Positions 1 to 12,500 of a stretch of 64,000 nucleotides of DNA are shown in pieces (within the stretch, counting starts at the first letter, position 1; each line of letters begins with the position of its first letter). The translations under genes were made by a program, and so were the position numbers. The notes beneath the pieces are model-generated. The model saw nothing but the letters and a program-made list of their open reading frames with translations. It made no database searches and was not told where the DNA came from. This DNA comes from Takakia lepidozioides (taxonomy: Eukaryota > Plantae > Bryophyta), in NCBI GenBank assembly GCA_030704615.1, contig CM060734.1, forward strand, positions 17,360,001 to 17,424,000, written 5' to 3'.

Positions 1-30
1 ATCACTGAGGACCTCACAACATCACTGTAT

Positions 31-486
31 GTGAATGGCGTCAACGCCATTCAGAAAAATACCAAAAAGAAACCAATTACTTAGCTCCCAATCCATGTAA
101 ATTCAATTTGTCGTTGTTGAATAATACAGACACAACAGTGAATGTCGTCAACGACATTCACTTTGGATTTCTGATAACAGAGCTTATCAAGCCTCCAGAT
201 TCCTCGCAAGAGGCAAAAACAATGCAGAACAACTGAATGTCTGCATTGACATTCAGCAAATGAAGTGAGGAACCCTCACTGTAACCTCTATGGACATTAC
301 AAAAATTTACATAACTCTGAGGACCTCTCAACAACTCCGTATGTGAATGTCGTCAACGCCATTCAAGGACATTATCAATTCTAATCAGGGACAATATAAT
401 TGCACCCTTAGATCCTAACCAGGTGAATTCATATACTCGCTTAAGAATGACTCAGACAAAGAAGTGAATGTCGTCAACGACATTCA
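31..486. repeat. Palindrome array A1: 5 copies of ~24-bp GTGAATGTCGTCAACGACATTCAC, in a downstream intron of the ParB-like gene of element A
   Basis: Copies at ~31, 138, 234, 343 and 463, spaced 96-120 bp. Variants such as GTGAATGGCGTCAACGCCATTCAG keep the symmetry. They lie 3' of a minus-strand GT donor at ~567. Confidence 0.85.
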
Positions 487-567
487 ATCTGGATCTAAGA
501 TTGCAATCCATATGAAGCCACATTTTTTCCCAAAAAAAACAGTAGAGTTTCAAGTATGACATTGCAC

Positions 568-3340
568 CTGTACACAACTCGCATCATGGCCCACTCTCCT
601 CCAACCTGACTGTCAAAGTCGTTGGACCGTAAAATGTTACCATCTTTGGAGAACTCCCGGAAAAAACAGTATCTCCAGGTGAGACCTCTCCACTTCCTTA
701 TGTATGCCTCCAATGACATTTGGGGAGGGGAAACAATCGAAATGTTCAGGTCCTTCAAAGTCTGATCCAGCACAATGACGTCGCGCTTTTCGAGCTGCAA
801 ATAGTATATTTGTCAGAATTGCAAATAAGATACTCATCACATACTTGAAGAGAAGAAAACAGCATGTTTGAATACACACCTGACTCCAAAATGTAGCCTT
901 GTGGAGCCAGTTATCAAACACCAAATCACTGATTCCTTCCACCTTTATGCCAGGCTGTATGGTGCTCTTTGGGAACTGATTCAAGTCCTTTACTGTTTGA
1001 TCTGAGTTCCATATCTCCAGCCACCTTATTTTTGTTTGTGGGTCGACCATCAATATGGCCAGCCTGTGCAGTTTCTCCTGCTGCATCTCCGGATGCACAT
1101 GCTTGTCATAGTGTGTTTTGATCTGCTGAAGGAACTCAAGACCAAGTCCAGGATCTACTATTCTAAGCTGCTTTCCGAAGGCGGACATCAATTTGGTTCT
1201 TCGCATTTCAAACTCCTTCTTTATTGCAGCTTCCACACCCTTTGATGTCCTTAGTTCTTCTGGTGTAGTGCGGTAATATTCGGATTTTCCCTTCTCAGCT
1301 GCCTCTGCCAGTTCTTGCTGCATTGATTCAAGTAGTGATTAGCTCCGAAGGGACTACAAACATGTATTCGAAAAGTAAACAGAGTACAGACTCGGGCTTA
1401 CCGCATACATGTACTCCAGAAACGCCTCTCGTGTCAAAGAATACCAAGTGCCTGCAGCTCTTCCTGTTTCGCACTTCTTGATGATATTGGGTGGTAGCAC
1501 TGTCCGAAAATCATCCAGCTTCATCAGACCAATCCTCTGAATTCGGAATAGTGTGTGAACCAAGCTTGTTGTCACATGCGATTTCTCTATCGATCTGCAA
1601 AAACATTGGAAACATTGCATTCCTTAACACTGTTTTTTGAGGATTAATAAGACACTACAGACGGAATGAAATCTCCTAGATGACTTACTTATTCACGTCG
1701 TGCATAGCTGTAAGAAGCCTAGCGATGTCGTTTCCAGGATCCAAAACCATTGCCTCCACAGCAACATGCTTGTCTTTGTCTTTCGAATGGTGTTTCTGAA
1801 TGTATCCCATCCATGCCAGCAATCGGTGGTTGCCGTCCTAGACGTAGAACATGTGGTTGCAGAATTGCTGGGTGTTCTTTCCCATCATGAGGCCCAGCTC
1901 GAACTCCTCATTGGCATCTTTCCAGCACTCATCCCAGTTATCACTGATCTCTGGAGACACTAATGTGCTTTTCCCATTTATATCCGTCAGTGACACATAA
2001 AAAACTTGTGCACCAAGTCTATATCCATGCACAAAATCACTCTCCAATTTTGTTATGTCATGGGAAAGAGGTGGACGCACAACAGGCATTGATATCATCC
2101 GGCACAGAGGTATGTCCAGACGCCCTCCAGATACGAGCATGTCCCTTATAACCTCCTGAGAGTTTACCTTCTGGAATGACATGAGTTCTTTCACCTTGTC
2201 AAGGTAGTGCACTTCGGATTCATCTGCTTCATCTGTATTCTCTGAGCTTTTTGCGGACTCGTCCCCATCTCCAGATCCTTTCCCCTCTGATCCTGTAGGC
2301 TTCGACCTCACAGTTTTCTGCACGATGCCATTCAGTTCTGACTGAGTGATTTGCAAATAGTGAATGGCGGTAACGACCATCACTCTGTCTCAAGGAAACT
2401 CACCATGAATGGTGTGAAAGAATTCAGCACAATCTACACAAGCAAAGCTGAGACTGCCGTATTCAAAACAAAAGCGAGAGCGATAGCGAACGGCGTTAAC
2501 GACAATCACAAAAGATAACGACCTGCCGGATCGGTGTTGTGTAATGACATACATGTGCAACTGATTGGCGGCAACGACATTCAGTGTAGTTTAGGGCGGA
2601 TAGTAAGTGCAGACTCTCTCTTCAAACACATAGGTACATAAATCTCATGAGGAGAATCGAATGGCGTTAACGACGCTCGCAATTCAGTAGTTCCTGCTAA
2701 AGAAGGGAAGAGGAAGGACTCCTTGAAAGGCAATCAGACAGACTGTATGATCTGAACACCAGTGAATGACTGTACCGATAGTCACCAACTCATTGTGCTG
2801 TAAACCCTTCGCAGAGAAGTAGAAAGCAAATCACCTTTGTGATGGTCGGTAGCGACAATCCATGTCTGGGACATTCCACTCAATCTCTACGCATATCTTC
2901 AACAATGAAATGTAAGTTAGATAAAACTTACTGGCACCTTCTTAGGTTTTGAAATTTGATCCCCTTCTGCAGCTTTCCTCTTCCCTCTCACATCTGCTGG
3001 AATTTCTGTCTGCGCTAGGGTTTCTTGACCTTCTCCCGGTTCGGCGTTCCGCGTGCTTCCACCTCCTTCAGTGTCCCTGCGAATCATCTCTGCCTCCACA
3101 GGCTGGCGCACTCTTATCGCCGACTGTGTCACAGCCGTTGCCTCAGTCTCCGTCTGCTCTTGTGAATCAGTCTCCGCGTTCACCTGCTGCCTTGGCCCTG
3201 TGTTCTCCAACAAACGACGCCTCGTCATTTTCTCTCTTGCTCTGCGTCTCTCTCTAAGGGAAGTAAAATAAAGAGACTTTCTTCTCTTTCGTATTCTAGA
3301 AGGAACCCTCTCCAGCTTGACTACCACTCTCCCTCTAAGC
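568..3340 (-). pseudogene. Spliced ParB/Sulfiredoxin-fold protein gene of element A; continues beyond the window start; nonsense mutation in the core motif
   Basis: Approximate exons 3340-2932, 2317-1689, 1594-1402, ~1330-881 and 794-568, mostly with clear GT-AG ends. Peptide LDIPLCRMISMPVVRPP...FYV*DGNHRLLAW has a TGG>TAG stop at 1838-1840. Colinear with 57568-61812. Confidence 0.75.
2360..2862. repeat. Degenerate palindrome array A2 in intron 1 of the ParB-like gene
   Basis: About 6 degenerate copies roughly 75-130 bp apart, e.g. GTGAATGGCGGTAACGACCATCAC ~2360, GAACGGCGTTAACGACAATCAC ~2488, GAATGGCGTTAACGACGCTC ~2659, GTGAATGACTGTACCGATAGTCAC ~2762. Confidence 0.7.
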
Positions 3341-4047
3341 GCGAAAAGTAGAAAAACGCAGTGACTCCCGATTTCTTGCAGGATTGCCTGCGTTCTTGCG
3401 TGTCTCTAGAAGCATCGGATTCCCTCCCGCGTGACCGTTACACATAGTCGTTCCCTTATTAGTGCACATGCCAGCAATTGGTGTACAGCTGTTCGTATTC
3501 AGTTATGGATGTCTGACGTGTGTCGCCCAAAAAAAACGGCGTGTTCTTTATTAGAACGGTTTCAATATTTAAAAATAACAGCGAATCCCAGAAATTTTGG
3601 CGCAGTCTTACACAAATAAATGTAAATGAACGAGAGATTGATGACAAATTGGAATATCATACACGGTCATCCTTGTTAGCCAAACCCCACATTCGTTTCA
3701 CATTTGGAACTTACCAGGTGCGCATGATCATTGGTAGTAGTATATAGATACATTTACTTAATCTGCAATCCCATTCTCAGGTCCTGTGGCATGCTTCCAG
3801 GAAGTCGGCTTTGTTTTTGGGTTTATTGATGAGGTTCTGGTTAACGGTTTTACAGCTGCCGACACTGCACCTAGGGATACTCTGACCACTGGGCCCACAA
3901 GAAAAGTAATTAAAATGGACGGCTGCATATCTAGAAAGAATAACATAATATGCACAGTCGTTATTTGAGCTTCCTCTGCCATATTCTCTGCTCATTCTTC
4001 AACTGTGTTCTGGAAACATCAGTAAACCGATTTACACTAGATCTGCG

Positions 4048-6596
4048 ATGACAAGGTACAAACGTACGCGAGGAAGGAAGATGGCTTCCTCTGAAGCGGA
4101 GTTCTTCTCTGACAACAAACCAGTGCCGTTCTCCCAGGAAGTCCTTGACAATGGATTTGCAATTGTTCTGGAACATGTCTTGGCTACCCGTTTTCAGCTG
4201 CAGAATGGCCCCATCTTTTTGGAGAAAGAGGTGTACGATCTTAAAAGGAAGTTGGTGAAATATTCTTTCCAAAACCGTGATGAGACGGCTCATATCAGCC
4301 AGTGGAGAGTGCGTCCTGGTCGATACAGAGTACTTGGAGAGCCTCGGCGAAAGTCCCTTGGGTCATATGTGACGCCTGGGACTGCTACTTCGGTCGTTGA
4401 AGACAAGAGGGAGGTGGTGGTGAAAAAAGAACAGACGTCCTCCACTCCAATCGTTGAGCTTTCGGATTCTTCCGATGATGACATAAGTGAAATTCCAAAT
4501 CCAGTCCTTCCTACTGTGGTTGGAGAAGCTGATGAAGAAGAGATTTGTAGTGTCATTCCAAAATTGCGGGCGATGGGAGGAATGGCTGGATTCAAAAGTG
4601 AGTTGCGGGGAATTGATTGGGAATCTTTGAAGCAGGTGCCTGTGAAGTTCTTGCCGGAGACTTTTGATGGCGATATCCTATTTGAGCTGCCTCCTCCTCC
4701 GCGAGTTGGAGGTGTAACAATCATGATGCATGGAATGGACAAGAAACACGACGGGCACCCGTGGTGCAGAACAAAAACGTCCAATATTCAGAATGATGAC
4801 AAGCTTGTTTTCAGGATGACAGTTTGCAATGGACACCTTAGGTGTGATAATTTGAATTGCAGACACTTTCTTCAGTCTGGGGTTCATAATCAAAGCGAAT
4901 GGGAGGGTCTGGCGGAAAATCCATTTCAGCCTGGGACTGCCCATCCACCGGCAAACACTTTCGTCTGCAAATTCTGCAAACTTGTGCCATCCTGTTTGGC
5001 GCTCTGCGGAGCAAGCGGTTGAGGAGTAGTTTGTGGATATGCCATACTGCTTGGTTAGGTCGGGTAATATGTAGGTCATGTATGATAGGGTGTGTACATT
5101 GGCTAAGTAAGTGTGGCCAGGTGTCACGTTCTTGATGGGTGCCTGAACAGAGTGGGCAGTATGGAGATGGAAAAATACGTGGCTAGAAAATGTGCTTGCG
5201 TTGGTGTCCCATGTACTGGGTGTATCTAAATTTAAGGACTTGACGGATTTGTGCATCTGTAGTGATTTTGGTATTCCAGAAGTGATTTGATAATTTATGG
5301 TGTAGCACATTGGATTGTGTCCACTTTTGAATGTAGACTTTAATATGGCTAATTAGGGAGAGTGTTGAGACAGTATCGAGGTTGATCAAACAGGAGTTCG
5401 GGAGAAACCCATCCGCAACAACATCTGCAATTGCTCTTGGTGCAAGCAAGTCCTTCTTGGAAAGCCATATTTTGAGTGAAGGAGATTCTGTGGGGACTAA
5501 ACTTGACGGTGCAGCATTGGACCTGGTCATGGATCATTTCTCCACTTTAAGTTCACCTAACATTCGGCATCAGATCAATGCATTGAGAATGGGCTCTGGG
5601 ATCAGAGGCTACATAGACAATATTTTGGAATTGAAACGAGTGAGCAAGTACGATTACATCCAGGACAATGTATTCCCAGGTCAAGGTGCCATCAAAGTTT
5701 TTCTTTTCAAAATGTCGACTGTTGGGGAGGGCAGTGGGGTTAGCCTCGTGAAGCGGATGCAGAAGACTGGGGACTTGCAGAACTGTTTTCTTATGTTTGA
5801 TCATGTGAAACGAGTGAAGGATTGGACGACAATGGCTTGTCATGTCTACGATCCAGTGTACCAACGAGTTATGACAATTGCAGTTTGTGACATGCAATCC
5901 GAGGATACGGAATCCCAGAAGCTCATGTGGAATTCCCTGATACGTGTCATGGGCTGCCATGGGCTGCCATCTCCAAATTTTGCAGGTTTCATGGCGGATA
6001 GTGCTCAAGCAAATTTCAATGCTGTTCGTATTGTCTTCGGATCGGGCGACCCAAAAGTGCCTATGCCAGGAAGAGAGCGTACATGTCTATTCCATTGGAC
6101 ACAATCTCTGGAAAAACATACAAAGTCGGACATCAAACCAGAGATGCAGACTCAGCACCGTAAATTGTGCAAAGAGTACAAAGATGCTAGAATAATGAAG
6201 GAGGCGGACACTTTGTTCCAGACAATTCGTGCATGGTTCTGGAGCTGCATCACTTGAGAGTATGAGAGCATTGGAAGATTGGCTGGCGTTTTGGCACTTC
6301 CGATATAGACAGTGGGGAGCAGCCATGACAATGGTACGAGGCTTCTATTTCATGCTTTATTCATACATTTGCTTTCCATATTTTTGACTCATTGCTTTCT
6401 TTATGTTGTTTCCTATGCACTGTTCTGAAGTGTGGTATCCTCTTTGCAGAACATGTCCATTGAGGAAATGGCGGACATGCCATCTTGCAATTTGGCAGAA
6501 ACTGTGCACAACGCATGGTTGCAGCAGTCTGGGAAACGAGGTCGGGATTTGTATGTGGCAACAACAGATGATTTGATACGTGCCTTGCAACAACAA
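4048..6596 (+). pseudogene. MULE-type DDE transposase with GCM (WRKY-GCM1) zinc domain, element A; interrupted, frameshifted, 3'-truncated
   Basis: GCM-like DGHPWCRTKTSN..C.GHL.C....C..CKFC. Catalytic core FLMFDH (D1), FMADSA (D2), ERTCLFHW (CxxH) and SCNLAETVHN (E) after an intron at ~6333-6449. Frameshift near 6240. Confidence 0.8.
5013..5355 (-). mobile_element. Fragment of an RLE-type non-LTR retrotransposon (zinc knuckle region) replacing part of the transposase
   Basis: Minus-strand translation LKFRYTQYMGHQRKHIF*PRIFPSPYCPLCSGTHQERDTWPHLLSQCTHPIIHDLHITRPNQAVWHI shows a CCHC knuckle and an RHN-like motif. Confidence 0.7.
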
Positions 6597-9500
6597 TGCA
6601 GCGGCGCTTTTACTCCTCGTTGGGAAGTACTCTATCCCTATTTATCTACATATTACATGCGGCTCTCTTTTTGTATGAGCTATTCTCTGTCTGTGAACAC
6701 TTCTACTTTGATTGCGTTCTGTTGGAGACGATCTGTTGGACGCCATGGCGCAGGGCATACCACAAAACACTCCCTGCCACTCACCTGATGCATCCTCACT
6801 AACACACATCTTTATGTGGTGGTTTTTGGGACGGGCACAGGTGAGGGTCTTCACTTGTGTTGATTTCCTGAAGCTTGCAGTTCCTATTCTTGCAAATGTG
6901 GGTGCTGCTGAGCCTCTTGCCGCTTCAAAACTGCCAGCATACGGATGCAGACCTGCTTCAACTTGGCTCCAATGAGGATCTACTTCTGCTCCTTACCTTG
7001 TTTGTGGTTTCTTGCAACCATATCTACATGGCAGGAGGTAGGGCAGACACGAGAACTCATGGAATACAAATCTACCGATTTATCTACTGTTTTTTTCATG
7101 TTTCAATGCGGGTATAATGTAGCGGTCGGTACCTTGGCTGCACTGAAATTTGGCTCTACAATGAAACCTCTTGGCTGGTTATTAAGACGGACTGTTGTGC
7201 CTTACTAGACAACACACATTCTGCAAGACCTTCATTTCACTTTGATTTCATATGATGGACTGCAAACAGGGGTTTTTGAATTACCTTTCTACCCTGGCAG
7301 AGCTGTTCTTAAGACCCTGGAATACCACTCCAGACTTGTATCTGCTTCAAAAGACTCGGCCTTGTTTTTATTTTATGAATCATGCTTGTGTCTTATGTCT
7401 CGTAAAACAGACATTGTGGTTATTTATAGACTACCAAGCATCACATTGTTGGGCTCTTTTTAGACTACAAACTGTTTTCTAAAGTACCCCAAGTGATCTC
7501 TTGGGACAAAAAATTGGTAAGCTCTATATGGTCTCTTAATATACTCCCTATATTGTGCTTGCTTTGCGTCTCCGCTGGCCTGCAATAGAAATACCGGATC
7601 CAGATGTACCAGTATGGGTTGGCTGGAATATGCTTAAGACATGTATGTCTTAATGTTTTTTATAATAAATGATGGTAAAATTACTATCTCTTGGATTAAA
7701 ATAGGTCACCATTATTCATGTAGTTCATCCAATTTAGATGAAAGAAACAAATGGTAAACCAAGCTTTCTGTACATTAAGTTTCACCATCCTACGATAATA
7801 TCAGCCAAATTTGGATGAAAAAAGATTGGGATGAAAAACCAAATAACCGGCCTCAAAAAGGTTAAGGCCAGATGAAATCCAAAGAGTTATAGATGGAGAG
7901 GGAGAGAGGGAGAGAGAGGGACCCACCGGCCAATCCCCTGGCATGGCAGAACCTTACGGAGTGAGTGTGGTATGCACTCACCCCGTAAGGGAGTGCATAC
8001 CAGACCCCTTCTCATAAGGTTTCCCCTCTTCCATGTAGTTCTATCCTTAGATTATATTATCCAAGGGAGTAGAATCCTACATCCTCTCTTCCTCGGGTCA
8101 TGAATGAAACATTGGCATAAAGTGTATCATAGCGAGACCGGTATAGTATCACGAGAAAAGAACAGAGAGTTCAGTGGTATACTTAGCTCTGGATAGGTAC
8201 AAGTTTCTAGAAAATACCTTTCAGTTTCTCAATAAGTTCTTGCACAGGGAAGAACAGGCTAGGGAAGGAACCTCGTTCAAGGAACCTTGTCAAGATACAG
8301 CAGCAGCTCAGGTCTGTAGTAACATGCCTGTGATATAGACAAAACATCTTCTAGCAACAGATTAGAGTTGGGTATTTTCTTATGGTGCCACAAGGAGCAA
8401 AGCCATATCTAAGAGAAGTATAGAAGCACTTGATCAAAGGACATGGCAGTCACTCAATCATAAGGTATCTGATTCTGATATAAGGCATCGGCTACATGAG
8501 ACTAGCTAACAAAAGTAGTGTGCATTGACCGGATCATGTATAAGGTGTACACATACTCCCGTAAGCTGTCTTGCTCATAATATCGGCATTCAAAAGTCCT
8601 TTAGATGCTCTGTGCTTATTTCAGGTATCATCAAGGATGCCTTACTTTTCATACCCAATCAATCAACCATACTATTGCTGGAGAAGAACATACCTGGCCA
8701 AGGGAGATTCATACCCCAGGGCTTTCAGTTCATCATTCCAGTTTGGAATGTGTTTGTTGCCTATCTGCCAAGGCCCTTCAAAAAATATTGTTAGTACATC
8801 AAAATGAGAAGGTGAAATAGGAAAGGAGAAGGGTAGATGGTGTGTACAAAAACCACTAAGTACACTGATCAGATAAAGAGAGGGAAGATATACATGTCAT
8901 GTCAGGACATGGACAAGACCACTGAGGTCATTGTCATTGAAAGACAATGCAGCCCTTTACAGGGCACCATCTAACAACCCCTTTTTTTTTAACCATCTCA
9001 TTTGAATACCTCGTTACATTTCAGGGTATCTGAAAAAACAGGCTGGGAGGGCGGGATTCCTGGTCATTCATATCATGAAAGCACCGTGGGTTTGATATTC
9101 ATCACCATACTTGTAGATTGTAATCTCATTTCAAAAACCCGGATTGCAGATAAATCTCCAGAGCCAAGCATATAGTACTTAAAATTGAAAGAACCATGAG
9201 GGTCTGAGCAAAGCGATCATCGCTTTGTCGCCTGCCAGAGAGGAATCTGCCTAACCGCCAATGCGCATCCCAAGAGCCAGCCATCACGAGTACCATGTAG
9301 CAGCAGGGGAGCAGATTTACACGGCGCATCATCGAGGATCCCTGAAGCACGAGTTCTGTGCTGTGAAATGTGTCGGCCCGCTTAGGGCACAGCTCCTCGA
9401 TTTGTCATGCAGGGTGGACGAAAAGTCGCATTTTAGCACGAGATGCACTTTGTCAATGGATGACATCCAATAAAAAGGTATCTTTTAGGGTTAGGGTATA

Positions 9501-12500
9501 GGCTCAAGTTTTATAACTGCCTGCCATCATTTATAATAAATGATGGTAAAATTACTATCTCTTGGATTAAAATAGGTCACCATTATTCATGTAGTTCATC
9601 CAATTTAGATGAAAGAAACAAATGGTAAACCAAGCTTTCTGTACATTAAGTTTCATCATCCTACAATAATATCAGCCAAATTTGGATGAAAAAAGATTGG
9701 GATGAAAAACCAAATAACCGGCCTCAAAAAGGTTAAGGCCAGATGAAATCCAAAGAGTTATAGATGGAGAGGGAGAGAGGGAGAGAGAGGGACCCACCGG
9801 CCAATCCCCTGGCATGGCAGAACCTTACGGAGTGAGTGTGGTATGCACTCACCCCGTAAGGGAGTGCATACCAGACCCCTTCTCATAAGGTTTCCCCTCT
9901 TCCATGTAGTTCTATCCTTAGATTATATTATCCAAGGGAGTAGAATCCTACATCCTCTCTTCCTCGGGTCATGAATGAAACATTGGCATAAAGTGTATCA
10001 TAGCAAGACCGGTATAGTATCACGAGAAAAGAACAGAGAGTTCAGTGGTATACTTAGCTCTGGATAGGTACAAGTTTCTAGAAAATACCTTTCAGTTTCT
10101 CAATAAGTTCTTGCACAGGGAAGAACAGGCTAGGGAAGGAACCTCGTTCAAGGAACCTTGTCAAGATACAGCAGCAGCTCAGGTCTGTAGTAACATGCCT
10201 GTGATATAGACAAAACATCTTCTAGCAACAGATTAGAGTTGGGTATTTTCTTATGGTGCCACAAGGAGCAAAGCCATATCTAAGAGAAGTATAGAAGCAC
10301 TTGATCAAAGGACATGGCAGTCACTCAATCATAAGGTATCTGATTCTGATATAAGGCATCGGCTACATGAGACTAGCTAACAAAAGTAGTGTGCATTGAC
10401 CGGATCATGTATAAGGTGTACACATACTCCCGTAAGCTGTCTTACCAGGGCTTAGCTCATAATATCGGCATTCAAAAGTCCTTTAGATGCTCTGTGCTTA
10501 TTTCAGGTATCATCAAGGATGCCTTACTTCTCATACCCAATCAATCAACCATACTATTGCTGGAGAAGAACATACCTGGCCAAGGGAGATTCATACCCCA
10601 GGGCTTTCAGTTCATCATTCCAGTTTGGAATGTGTTTGTTGCCTATCTGCCAAGGCCCTTCAAAAAATATTGTTAGTACATCAAAATGAGAAGGCGAAAC
10701 AGGAAAGGAGAAGGGTAGATGGTGTGTACAAAAACCACTAAGTACACTGATCAGATAAAGAGAGGGAAGATATACATGTCATGTCAGGACATGGACAAGA
10801 CCACTGAGGTCATTGTCATTGAAAGACAATGCAGCCCTTTACAGGGCACCATCTAACAACCCCTTTTTTTTTAACCATCTCATTTGAATACCTCGTTACA
10901 TTTCAGGGTATCTGAAAAAACAGGTTGGGAGGGCGGGATTCCTGGTCATTCATATCATGAAAGCACCGTGGGTTTGATATTCATCACCATACTTGTAGAT
11001 TGTAATCTCATTTCAAAAACCCGGATTGCAGATAAATCTCCAGAGCCAAGCATATAGTACTTAAAATTGAAAGAACCATGAGGGTCTGAGCAAAGCGATC
11101 ATCGCTTTGTCGCCTGCCAGAGAGGAATCTGCCTAACCGCCAATGCGCATCCCAAGAGCCAGCCATCACGAGTACCATGTAGCAGCAGGGGAGCAGATTT
11201 ACACGGCGCATCATCGAGGATCCCTGAAGCACGAGTTCTGTGCTGTGAAATGTGTCGGCCCGCTTAGGGCACAGCTCCTCGATTTGTCATGCAGGGTGGA
11301 CGAAAAGTCGCATTTTAGCACGAGATGCACTTTGTCAATGGATGACATCCAATAAAAAGGTATCTTTTAGGGTTAGGGTATAGGCTCAAGTTTTATAACT
11401 GCCATCATTTATAATAAATGATGGTAAAATTACTATCTCTTGGATTAAAATAGGACACCATTATTCATGTAGTTCATCCAATTTAGATGAACGAAACAAA
11501 TGGTAAACTTGATCGAAATTTGGCTGATATTATTGTAGGATGATGAAACTTAATGTACAGAAAGCTTGGTTTACCATTTGTTTCTTTCATCTAAATTGGA
11601 TGAACTACATGAATAATGGTGACCTATTTTAATCCAAGAGATAGTAATTTTACCATCATTTATTATAAATGATGGCAGTTATAAAACTTGAGCCTATACC
11701 CTAACCCTAAAAGATACCTTTTTATTGGATGTCATCCATTGACAAAGTGCATCTCGTGCTAAAATGCGACTTTTCGTCCACCCTGCATGACAAATCGAGG
11801 AGCTGTGCCCTAAGCGGGCCGACACATTTCACAGCACAGAACTCGTGCTTCAGGGATCCTCGATGATGCGCCGTGTAAATCTGCTCCCCTGCTGCTACAT
11901 GGTACTCGTGATGGCTGGCTCTTGGGATGCGCATTGGCGGTTAGGCAGATTCCTCTCTGGCAGGCGACAAAGCGATGATCGCTTTGCTCAGACCCTCATG
12001 GTTCTTTCAATTTTAAGTACTATATGCTTGGCTCTGGAGATTTATCTGCAATCCGGGTTTTTGAAATGAGATTACAATCTACAAGTATGGTGATGAATAT
12101 CAAACCCACGGTGCTTTCATGATATGAATGACCAGGAATCCCGCCCTCCCAACCTGTTTTTTCAGATACCCTGAAATGTAACGAGGTATTCAAATGAGAT
12201 GGTTAAAAAAAAAGGGGTTGTTAGATGGTGCCCTGTAAAGGGCTGCATTGTCTTTCAATGACAATGACCTCAGTGGTCTTGTCCATGTCCTGACATGACA
12301 TGTATATCTTCCCTCTCTTTATCTGATCAGTGTACTTAGTGGTTTTTGTACACACCATCTACCCTTCTCCTTTCCTGTTTCGCCTTCTCATTTTGACGTA
12401 CTAACAATATTTTTTGAAGGGCCTTGGCAGATAGGCAACAAACACATTCCAAACTGGAACGATGAACTGAAAGCCCTGGGGTATGAATCTCCCTTGGCCA

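Noticed and set aside
9486-9500. Telomeric repeat TTTTAGGGTTAGGG in the U unit
   Set aside because: Only two units, which is too short to support a telomere-related claim.
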